A stretch of DNA of 64,000 nucleotides from Piromyces finnis finn (taxonomy: Eukaryota; Fungi; Neocallimastigomycota), in NCBI GenBank assembly GCA_002104945.1, contig MCFH01000071.1, forward strand, positions 171,082-235,081. The letters run 5' to 3'. Both the position numbers and the translations under genes were made by a program. Numbering within the stretch: the first letter of the stretch is position 1; each line of letters opens with the position of its first letter. This document shows positions 12,508 to 23,496 of the stretch, in pieces. Under the pieces are notes generated by a model, which searched no databases, had not been told where the DNA came from, and saw only the letters and a program-made list of their open reading frames with translations.

Positions 12508-14644
12508 TTAACGTCTTTCGGTATCACCAAATCCTGAGTTTTTTTTTTTTTTTTTTTTAAATAAAATATTTCAAATAAATAATAAAAATTATAAAAAAGA
12601 AAAATAAATATTTAGTTATTATTGAATGAACATATTAATATTTTTTTTATTTTTTATTATTTTTAATAGTTGAATAAATTTATTAAAAAAAAAAAAAAAG
12701 GAATAATTACCATAAGCAGAATAAGTATGTGGTGGTGATGGTGTTCTTTCTCTAGTGAAAGAATTGGATCTTGATCTTGATCTTGATCTGGATCTGGATC
12801 TTGAACTAACAATAATTGATGTATAATAATAAAATATTAACAACAATAACAACAACAACAACAACATTATTAATAAAAAGGATCATTAAAAATAATTAAA
12901 TATGAAAAAAGCAGTAAAAATATATAAAAATAGAATATATTATATATAAATTTAATTACCTATTATTAAAGAAATTATTTGTAGTGTGATGATTATTATT
13001 TCTGCTACGAAGAAAATCAGCTGTTCTAAAACCACTCATAAAATCACCAAGTCTACTAGCTCTGGAAGAAGAATTACCTGAAAATAAATGATTTATTATA
13101 AATTATAAATAATAATTTTCATTACTATTACTATTACTATCACCAATTACCATTACTATTATTTTAAATTTTTTTTTTTTTTTTTATTTTTATTTTTATT
13201 TTCTTATTTTATTCTTATTTTATTACTCTTTTCTTTTCTTTTCTTTTCTTTTCTTTCTTTTTTTTTTTAAAATATTATTTTAAAAAATCTTACCATTATT
13301 ATTATTATTATTATTATTATTATCATTCCTATGATGATGATGGTGATGGTGACGATGATGTCTATCCTCCTCCTCCTCACTATTATTGCCATCATGTTCA
13401 TTTTCCCATGAACCGTATGGTGGTGGATTATCATTATTATTTTGGGATTCTTGACCTCTACGTTTTTTTTGCCATTTATTATACAACATAATACAAATGA
13501 TAATAATGACAACAATACAAATAAAAGTTATTCCTGAATCATCACTATTTTCTTTATTAGTTGCGGTATTTGGCTGATCATTGTAATAGAAATGTTGTTT
13601 TCCTTTTCCTGTTAAATATAATGAATCTAATATAGTTTATTTAAAATATATAATAATATAATAAAAAAATTATTATTATAAATACAAGATGTTATTATCA
13701 ATACTTTTTTTTTTTTACTAATAATATTAATAGTTTTACATACAACGAACTCCGCAACTACCACGAGTAATATATCTATCATCTTTATATAATAATAAAG
13801 TAATTAATAATTTATTCTTTTTTTTTTTTTTTACTATTCATTTTATAAAAGTATTATTTATGAATATCTTATTTTTTTACCTGGATTACTGTAACCTTCA
13901 CATGAAACCTTGGTGTAACCAATATAATAATAGTCTTCCAAAGGTGTTTCACATCGCCAACTAGCATTGTATCCATCAAATCCAACTTTATATATATAAT
14001 AAATGTGAAATGTAATAACCATTTCATTTATATATAAATCATTTAGAATTATTTTTTTTTGTTTTTAAAAATAACAACAATATATATATATATATACCAT
14101 TTATATATTTTAGAGTATAAAAAAAACTTACTTTGATTACATTGCATGGATGGTGGTTGGAAGTATTTACAACCGTCACCTTCAACACATTCCAACTTGA
14201 AAAAAAAAAAAATTATTATTATTGTGTGTATGTTTTTTTTTTTTTTTAAAAAGAACTCATAATAATTACAACAATAAAAAATTTATTTTACATTTATTAT
14301 TATTATTTTTCCATAAAAAAAAAAAAAAAAAAACTTACTTGGTTAACTCTAGAACGACGACCTTTAGTTTTTCTATTTTTATAAACAGTAAAGGTTTTCA
14401 ATTGTTCTAATAAAACCTTTTCTGGATCATTGTTGTTGTTGTTGTTGTTGGTGGTATATTCATAATTATTATTGGGGTAACCTTGGTTTCCATAGCCATT
14501 ATTAGGATAACCTTGATTAGCATAACCATTTTGGTTATTAGGATAACCTTGGTTTCCATAGCCATTGTCATATCTACCATTAGGATTTGGATAAATGTTG
14601 TTGTATCCATTGTTATTATTATAATTATAATTATTGTAATTCAT
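12508..14644 (-). CDS. SARAF: SARAF/TMEM66 (DUF1183) homologue; 8 exons 14644-14339, 14195-14132, 13985-13881, 13782-13744, 13626-13294, 13077-12960, 12805-12711, 12533-12508 (361 aa)
   Basis: Spliced product KVLLEQLKTFTVYKNRKTKGRRSRVNQLECVEGDGCKYFQPPSMQCNQIGFDGYNASWRCETPLEDYYYIGYTKVSCEGYSNPDDRYITRGSCGVRYSL matches the 6-Cys SARAF luminal domain as I recall it (KVLL...QLKCVGG...CQNKGWDG...WEC...SCEGY...YVLRGSCGLEY). It has one TM helix and the family C-terminus GFGDTERR. All intron phases are consistent. Confidence 0.9.
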
Positions 14645-15545
14645 TTTTTTTTTTTTCTTCTTCAATGGGTTTTAGTTGAATTTATTTAATATTTTTTTTT
14701 GTTAATGACTGAATTGTTGAATTTTTTCTTTTTAAAAATAAAATTATAAATTGTGTGTGTGTAATCTATATAAAATATATATCTTTTTTAAAGAGAAAAA
14801 AGTATACTTTTTATCCAAGCAAATATTCTATTTTATACTATCAATAAAGTAAAAAAAAAAGTTTTCCTTTTCTTTTTTTGTCTTGTTTCTTTTTGTTTTA
14901 AAGAAAAAAAAAAAAAAAAAAAATTTCTTTTTATTTTTAAAATTAAATAATATATTAGTTAAAATATATTCCAATATATTGTTAAATTATATTAAACAAT
15001 TTAATTAAAAAAAGAAAAAAAGGATTTTACTTTTTTATTTTTTTCAATGTAAAAAGCGATTTATGTTTTCTCCGTTTTCCTGTTTCATTGGTGATGTGGT
15101 AGGAAGAGCATCATTCTCATTTTCTTTTCTTTTCTTTTTTTAGTGTAAACTTTTTATTGGTTTTTTTTTTTATAGATTTTCTTATTTTTTTATTTTTTTA
15201 AAAAAAAAAAATTTCTATGGAACATACCATAAAAATAAAATTAATCATTGTTCAAAAAAAAAAGTGTGGGAATGCCGCCTAGGCATAACAGCAGCAACAA
15301 CATTTATGGATTGTTGTTACATCATTCAATAGACCTCCATTTTTATAAAAAGTCACAAAGACATAAAAAGTAAAAAAAAAAAAAAGATACATAAAAAAAA
15401 TAATGTTATTTTTTTTTTTCTTTTGTTTTTATTAATTATTATTTTATTTTATAAAGTATATTGTATTTATTAATTAGTAATTTTTTTTTTCTTTTATTTT
15501 TCAGTTTTTTTTTTCTATTAATTAATACGATTTATAGTTTATTTT

Positions 15546-15576
<31 letters not shown>

Positions 15577-15956
15577 CTATGTAATAATACGGGTATATTA
15601 TTATTATTATTATTATTATTATAAAATAATAGAATGTTTTTTTTTTTTTTTTTAATTAGATCATTATCTATAAAAATATTTATACCAAAATGATAATTAA
15701 TTATGTATCTAAAAAAATCATATAGACCTTGTCACCATGTATATATGTGAATGATTTATTCTTTCTATAATTAAGAAAAGAATAAAGATAAAAAAAAAAC
15801 CTTTTTTTTTTTTTTTAAATATGACTAATAATTTTTTTCTATATATATAAAAAAGTTTAATTTGTTGTTAAAAAAGGATTATCATTAAAATGATCTATAT
15901 TAAAAAAAAATTAAGTGTGAGTGTATGTATGTATTCAAAAAAAAAAAAAAGTTGTT

Positions 15957-18027
15957 TTATATATTGTATAAAAAGACAATAGTCACTATAGCTATTATTA
16001 TTTCGGCAATTTTACTGATAGAATTTATTACAGAAGAGCTTTCTTCTCTTTTTTCGTGTTTTGAATGATCAGAAAAACCGATGTTTTCTTCATCTTCATC
16101 TCTTTTTTCTATTTTTCTTAAATCAAAGTTGGTAACATTAGCATTTGGTTTTACCAAATCTTCATTGAAACATTCTTCGCCTGACCAAACGCCACGTTTT
16201 CTTAAATAACTATTATAATTCCAACCGATTGAATTTTTCATGTTACTTGGAGTAAAAATCCAAGAAGGATATTCTACTTCTTTAACCAATGGTGCTCTTT
16301 GTGCACCACTTGGGAATTTATATGAATTTACCCATGCTGGTTGAACATTATTACCAGTACATCTTGAAGATGGAATAGCATCACAGCACATGAACCATTC
16401 TTCAACAAATTGTCCATCAATCATAGTCCAAATTTTATCTTCATGTCTTCCAAACTTTGATGTTTCTACATCATAGCCATAGGATAAGGCATAGCCTTTA
16501 ATAAATGTATTTGCCTTTTTTTTTTTTTTTTTTAACATTTAATATATATATATATTTTTTTTGAAAAAAGATAAAAATATTATTACGATTATTATTATAT
16601 TGTAATTGTAAATAATTGTGATTATATAATTGTAAATATATTATTGTGTTTATATAATTGTAAATATATTATTGTGTTTATATAATTGTGTTTATATAAT
16701 TGTAAATATATTATTGTGTTTATATATTTGTGAATATATAATTGTGTATTTTTAAAATAAAAAGAGAGATTGAAATTATTTTTTTATATATATATATATA
16801 TAAAGTTAAAAGTTTTGTTTATTTCAATTGATTATTATTAGCATTATAAATAAAATTTATTAATGTTATAATAGATAAAAAAAAAAGTGAATATTATTTA
16901 TTTTTATAAAAATCAGTATTTATTAACAAATTAACAAGTTTTTTTTTAAATACTACTTACAACACCGTGTTGATTAACAATTAAAATTGGGTCATCTTCT
17001 GGTGGAAGATTATATATATAGTTAATAATGTCATCAAAACCACCACCACAACATACTTCTTCATCCGGATCTATCCCTAAGGATAAAGCTAAAGCATAAG
17101 TTTGATGATACTTTTTTTTTTTTTTAAAAAAATACATATTTTGTTAATTGATTTTGTTTATTATTGATTTTTTTAATTTTTTTATATATATATACTAACC
17201 ATACGACGAGAAGTATGGTGTCCACGATGACCATTGTCTTTTTATTTTATTTTTTTTTTTTTAAAAAAATAGTTTAATATTAATATTATTATTCAATATG
17301 AAATCAATGAAAAGTTTAATATTAATATTATTATTCAATATGAAATCAATGAAATGGCAAATATTAATATTATTATTCATTATGAAATCAGTGAAATGGC
17401 AAATATTAATATTATTATTCATTATGAAATCAGTGAAATGGTAAATATACAAACAATACACTATGACTATAGTTTACATAATATATATATATTTACATTT
17501 TTTTCCAATATATTTTTATTTATTAAAAAAAAAAAAAAACTTACTTATGAAATCTCCATTATTTTGTAATATAAAGTGTTGAGTAATGATACGTTTTGGT
17601 TGACGATAAAATGGTGCATTTGGACCAAAATTATTTGTCATACATGCAGCACGAAGCATACCTGTATAACCCTACCATTTCATATATCATATCATTTTAT
17701 AATATTAAAATTTTAAAAAAGTCAATATATATAAATATTTGTTTATTTATTATTTCGTTTGTTTGTTTGTTGTTATTGTCACTCTTTTTTTTTTTTTTTT
17801 CCCAAATAAAATGTATAATTTTTTTTATGAAATCTTACTAAACCATCGGATGGGTGACCGAGACCTTCCATTGAAGACATTGTTGAACCACCTTCAACCT
17901 TTTCATCTTCACTTCCAGTACCAGGTTTTTCAGCGTGAATTTGAACATAAACAACTCTTCCAAAACATTGCTTCTGCCATAATAATAATAACAACGTAAC
18001 AAATAAGATCGAATATTTATTATTCAT
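15957..18027 (-). CDS. Secreted, probably GPI/TM-anchored histidine-phosphatase (phosphoglycerate-mutase-like) family protein; exons 18027-17839, 17671-17545, 17237-17200, 17110-16961, 16514-15957 (353 aa)
   Basis: Signal peptide MNNKYSILFVTLLLLLWQKQCFG, then VYVQIHAEKP, GxxGxxRAxC, SRRMYHQT..LALSLG, CC, PILIVNQH, matching the small fungal RHGEKP...ILIxWxH family pattern. The C-terminus is hydrophobic (IAEIIIAIVTIVFLYNI). Splice phases are consistent. Confidence 0.75.
16623..16748 (+). repeat. Intronic minisatellite, 28-bp unit (tatataattgtaaatatattattgtgtt, made of 14-bp halves), ~4.5 copies
   Basis: Visible tandem array in the last intron of the phosphatase-like gene. Confidence 0.75.
17271..17440 (+). 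repeat. Intronic minisatellite, 42-bp unit x4
   Basis: Unit aatattaatattattattcattatgaaatcagtgaaatggca; reads as 14-codon periodic ORFs in the track. Lies in intron 2 of the phosphatase-like gene. Confidence 0.9.
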
Positions 18028-18099
18028 TCTTTTTTTTTTTTTTTTTAAAATTAACACTTTACAAAAAATATTTTTTTTTAAAATAAACTAAAATTTTTT

Positions 18100-19330
18100 T
18101 TTAAATTATTTGAAAAGATGTCGTCATTTATTTTTATTAGGATTTATTAAAATTTTTTAATAAATGAATAAATAATTAATTAATTAAATAAATATATAAT
18201 AAATTATTAAATAATCCTAATAATTTATTTATTTCATTATTTCATTATTTATTTATTTTTAATAATTATTCACTATTTTTTTTATGAACAAAGTTCATGA
18301 ATTAACTAAATGAATAATTAATCATTAAATAAATTATTTAATTTTATTGAGTGAATGGATAAATAATAAATTAAATAAATTCTTTTTATTCCTCCTTTAA
18401 AAATTTCGGTTGAACCAGTCAAAATACAGGAAAATAATAAAATAAATTAAAAAATGAAAATATTTAGAAAGTCTCCCTTTTTTAAAAAAAATGACAATTT
18501 AAAAAGAAAAATAATATTTAATAATAATAAAAAATAATATTTAATAATAATAATAATAAAATAATTATTAAATATTTAATAATAAAAAAAATAACTATTT
18601 TTATAATAATAATAATAATAATAATAATATTTAATAAAAAAATATTAAATAATAATAATAATAATAATATTACTATTACTATTTAATAACTATTTTTATA
18701 ATAAAAAAATAAAAAATATTTATTATAAAAAATAATTTTTATTTTTTTACCAATTTTTTAAAATATATTATTAATATATAATTAAATTAATTATAATTAA
18801 TTGTTAATATATTAAATTCTATGGTTTACATTTATTTTTTAATTTATTTTTGTTGTTTCAATGTGAAACATTCAATTTTAAATTTTGGCCAAGCAAAATA
18901 AAATGGTGGAGTGGGTAAAACAAACCAGAAATTAAAAAATAAAAAAATATTTTATAATAAATAATAGTAAATAATAAATAAATAATATTAAATAATAGTA
19001 AAAAAAAAATAATAATAATAATAGTAAATAATAAATAATATTGCGTATAATACTAATTAAATAAATATTTTATAATAAATAAATAATATTATTATTTAAT
19101 AATAAATAAATAATAAATAAATAATAAAAATAAATATTTTATAATAAATATAAATAAATAATATTTAATAATAATAATTAAATACTTAATATTATTATTT
19201 AATAATAAAAATTCTTTTTTTTTTTTTTATTATAAAATATTTTTTTATTTTTTTTTAACATTTTAAATAATAAATAAAATAAAATAAAAAAAAGAATTAA
19301 TTTTTTTTTAATATTAAAAAAAATTATATA
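18100..19330. repeat. Near-pure A/T low-complexity (AAT/TAA) tract between divergent genes
   Basis: Long (aat)n and aataaat runs with only small G/C islands near 18405-18430 and 18885-18930. Confidence 0.8.
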
Positions 19331-19636
19331 AATGAAAACATTGTAGAAAAAAAAAAAAGTAAATCATAACAAAGCAAAGCAAAGCAAAGCAAAAAAAACA
19401 AAATATAAAACTATTAGATGAAAAAAAAAGAATAGTTTTTTTTTAAAAAAACAAAACATAAAATTCTAGAGTAATAAAATTACTATCAACAACAACAACA
19501 ACAACAACAACAACAACGACAACAATAACAAATTATAATTAAAATAATCTATTATAGAAACAAACAAACAAACAAACAAGCGAAAAATAAATACAATCAC
19601 CCATTTCTATTTAAAATAATAAAAGTATCATCGATA

Positions 19637-22118
19637 ATGTGGAGGTCACTTTATTTCTTTTTTTTAATAATAAAAAGTGTATTATCGGAATATCAACCTT
19701 TTTCAGTTGCCTTAGGCAAAACCCAACCAACCATAGGAATAAATCCAGATTTATCGGTATTAACCGAAGAGGATTTCCCTTGTTTTTCAATAGCTGATAA
19801 TTCAGCTTGTTCTGGATACGAATTTTACATTCCTCAATCAGGTTATTATGGTTACAGTAAAAAGGATTCTTCTGATTTTACAACTTATGTAAATTTAGAA
19901 GTTGCTAATGATAATGGTTATATAATGGCCACTTGTCCCAATGTTTCATCTCATGATTTCTCAAAAATCGCTTATAGATACAGTGTATATTGTGGTCGAA
20001 TGATGTATTCTCAAGGTACGAATATTAACTTTTTTTTTTTTTTTAAAAAAATATAAATATTCCTCGGTTATTATTATTGCTTATTGCTATTGTTGTTGGA
20101 ATTGTTGTTTGTCACTGTTTATCTATAGATAGTATCTGAAAAAAAAATTTTTTTTTTTTGATATAAACTATAATTTTTATAAAATAAAATAATTATATAA
20201 ATATATAAATAATTATACAATTATATTTATATATCCCTATTACTTTTTTTTTTATTATAAATATAGTCCGTTGGTGTAAACAAAATCCAGATAATTATAG
20301 ACAAAAAGCAAGTTTAATGCTATGTAGAAGAACTTGCATGGAATATGCTCAAAGTATTGTTGATTATGGAGCAAGTGTATGTGGTGATACTACTATTGCT
20401 CAAAAAATTAGTGATAATATTGTAGCAAGATGGTGTAATTTATTTACAGATGACGAAGGATGTATTGAAGGTGTTAAAAATGAAGTTGAAAATTGTGGTA
20501 AGTAGTTAAGGGCCCAGAATTATATTTATATTTTATGAATAAAAAATTGAATGGAACTTGATAAGGGTTATTGGCTATTGGATTACTTTAAAATGAAAAA
20601 GAGAGACGAGACAATGCAAAAAAAAAAATATTGTAAAAAAGAAAAAAGAGACGAGACAATACAAAAGAATTATTGTAAAAAAAAACATAATAATTCAGCT
20701 AAATTAAAAGTTAATAATTTTTAATGATACAATTCAATTTAATGCAACAACAACAAAAAAAAAAAACTGAAGAGTAGCATTCAACTATTATTAATTATTA
20801 ATATCATTTTACATATTTTTTTTTTTTTTTTTTTTTAAAAAAAAGTTTAAAAAATATAAAACATTTATAAAATGTCATTTACAATCATTTGTGTAGTCCT
20901 ACCTTTTTTTTTTTATATAGTTAGAGTGTCAACGCATCAATGCATTGTTTTTTACATTAAAATTTTTCAACAATAAATAGTTAATAATAGTAATAAATAG
21001 CTAATATAAATTTATCTATGAATATATATATGTATATGCAAAATATTTATAGGATATTCTTCAGCTTCTCGTTCTTCTGAAGCAGTCACTTTTAATCCAA
21101 ATAATGCTTGTTGGAAACAACCAGACAAGATTGAAGAAATGAAACAAAAGGCTGACAATGAAGAAAAATCTCAGGTTAAAATGGGTTCCATTAAATGGAA
21201 AATAGCTTATCCTTTAGGAGTTATGCTTATCATAAGTTTAGCTACTTTATTGTTATGGAAAAAACAAAAAGAATTATATAAAAATGGTTATGGTTATATT
21301 GTTGAAAATGAACCAGCTCCGGAAATCATTCCATCTAATGTTAAACCTTCTAGAGATTATATTGATCCAAGTGAATTGGAATTCCCAGAAGCTACTTTAC
21401 CAAGAAAGAGCTCTTTTGCTGTTGGTACTTTAAGTCGATCCAATACTACTAAAACTAATGGTGGTACGGATAATAGTGCTATTTATATGGTAGCTATCTA
21501 TAATTATCATGCTAGAATGGATGATGAATTAGAATTAAAGGCAGGAGATCGTATTCGTGTTGAACATCAATATAATGATGGGTAAATATATATTTTTTTT
21601 TTATTTATGATTTAAAATAGTGAAGGATGAGTCATGTTATAATGAGAAGAAAGGATCCTAATAAGGTCCTAATAATAATGGTCCTCATAATAATGGTCCT
21701 AATCATTAGGATCGTAATAAGGTCCTAATAATAATGGTCCTAAAAATGGCCCTAATCATTAGGATCGTAATAAGGTCCTAATAATAATGGTCCTAAAAAT
21801 GGTCCTAATCATTAGGATATTTATTAAATTAACGATTCTTGTTTATTTATCATTATTATCATAAATTAATCATTTTTTTTGCTTATTATCACATTATTAA
21901 TAACACAATAATTATTATTTTTTAATCATTTTAGTTGGGCTGCTGGTATTAATGAAAGCAACAATAAATTCGGTGCCTTCCCATTAATTTGTTGTTCCGA
22001 TAATATTTCATCTAATCAAAGTCAACTACCTACTCGTAATAGATCAAGGATGAAATCAAGAAGTAGTTCTACTATCAAATCTACTGTAAGATCAACTCCT
22101 TTAAGAAAAAACATATAA
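19637..22118 (+). CDS. Type I membrane protein: signal peptide, Cys-rich ectodomain, TM helix, C-terminal SH3 domain; exons 19637-20015, 20267-20497, 21053-21581, 21935-22118 (440 aa)
   Basis: SH3 consensus VAIYNYHARMDDELELKAGDRIRVEHQYNDGWAAGINESNNKFGAFPLIC is split by the last intron. TM is IAYPLGVMLIISLATLLLW followed by KKQK. Ectodomain contains CFSIADNSAC, YSVYC, LCRRTC, CIEGVKNEVENCG. Confidence 0.85.
21653..21818 (+). repeat. Intronic minisatellite, 53-56-bp unit x3, built of aat/ggtcct modules
   Basis: Unit taataaggtcctaataataatggtcctaaaaatggtcctaatcattaggatcg, in intron 3 of the SH3 gene. Confidence 0.85.
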
Positions 22119-22706
22119 TTTAAGAAAGTAAAAAAAAAAAAAAAAGTAACAACAAAAATAGATTTTTTTAATATAATTATGTAAAAACAAAAACAAAAAA
22201 CAAACAAACAAGAAAAAAAAAAAAAAGTTTTTTAATAACTAAAAAAAAAAAAGAATATAATTGTATGATGTATATAGACATGTCTATATATTGATTGATT
22301 GATGTTTTACTCATTGCACACATCATCTCTCTACCCCTACCTTAACATTTTTGTTTTAAATATACCATATAATAATAAAATAACTTTTTTTTTTTTTTTC
22401 AATATATATATAGATAAATATAGATATATATTTATATAAAGAGGATGAGTTTAAAATGGATTATAAAAATTAATATTATATACATAAATTTTTTTTTTTA
22501 AATGTTATGATCCTTTTCCTTCTCCTCCTCTTCCTTATCAAATTCATTTTTTTTTTTTAAATAAAACTTTTAATATTAATAAAACAAATAAATAAATAAA
22601 TAAAAAAAAGTATAAAATATACAAAATAATCAATTTTTTTTTTTTTTTAAAAGTGTAAAAGAAATGAATTGTTATTTGACGAATAAAGAATTATTTAATA
22701 TTTAGT

Positions 22707-23133
22707 TAATTTTGGTCCAAATGCACCATTTTATCGTCAACCAAAACGTATCCGTATCATTACTCAACACTTTATATTACAAAATAATGGAGATTTCATA
22801 AGTAAACTTTTTTTTTTTTTTAATAAATAAAAAATATATTGGAAAAAAATGTAAATATATATATATTATGTAAACTATAGTCATAGTGTATTGTTTGTAT
22901 ATTTACCATTTCACTGATTTCATAATGAATAATAATATTAATATTTTCCATTTCATTGATTTCATAATGAATAATAATATTAATATTTTCCATTTCATTG
23001 ATTTCATAATGAATAATAATATTAATATTTTCCATTTCATTGATTTCATAATGAATAATAATATTAATTATAAAAAAAAAAATTAAAAGACAATGGTCAT
23101 CGTGGACACCATACTTCTCGCCGTATGGTTAGT

Positions 23134-23174
<41 letters not shown>

Positions 23175-23200
23175 AAAAAATCAATATGTATTTTTTAAAG
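22707..23200 (+). pseudogene. Inverted partial duplicate of the phosphatase-like gene (copy of 17111-17633: 3' part of exon 2, intron 2, exon 3, intron 3)
   Basis: Near-identical reverse complement, e.g. aattttggtccaaatgcaccattttatcgtcaacc and ggtcatcgtggacaccatacttctcg. Carries a 6-bp in-frame duplication (cgtatc), one synonymous change, and its own 42-bp array at ~22906-23070. Confidence 0.92.
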
Positions 23201-23496
23201 ATAAATTTTGTTAAAGGATACGTTAAATTACTCGAGGTTAACAAATAATTAAGAATAATAATTATAAAAATAGTATAATTTAAACTTTAAAAAAAAAGGT
23301 GTGGTGGCAGAGGAAACAAATTCATTTTAATGATATAAATTATTTAATAAATCTTAATCCATATTAATCCTACGTTCTTATTTATATATATTTTTAAAAA
23401 AGTGAATAATATATTTAAATTCATTCAGCCTTTTTTTTTTTTTTTGCTTCATTTCCTTTCTTTTATTTTTTTTTTTTTCCAATTTATATCAACAAA

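Noticed and set aside
15269-15286. ggaatgccgcctaggcat (TEA-type GGAATG plus a 5-bp hairpin)
   Set aside because: Too short to distinguish from chance.
17271-17440. CRISPR-like appearance of the 42-, 44-, 53- and 65-bp arrays
   Set aside because: Head-to-tail units with no unique spacers, in a eukaryotic intron or intergenic context, and no cas genes.
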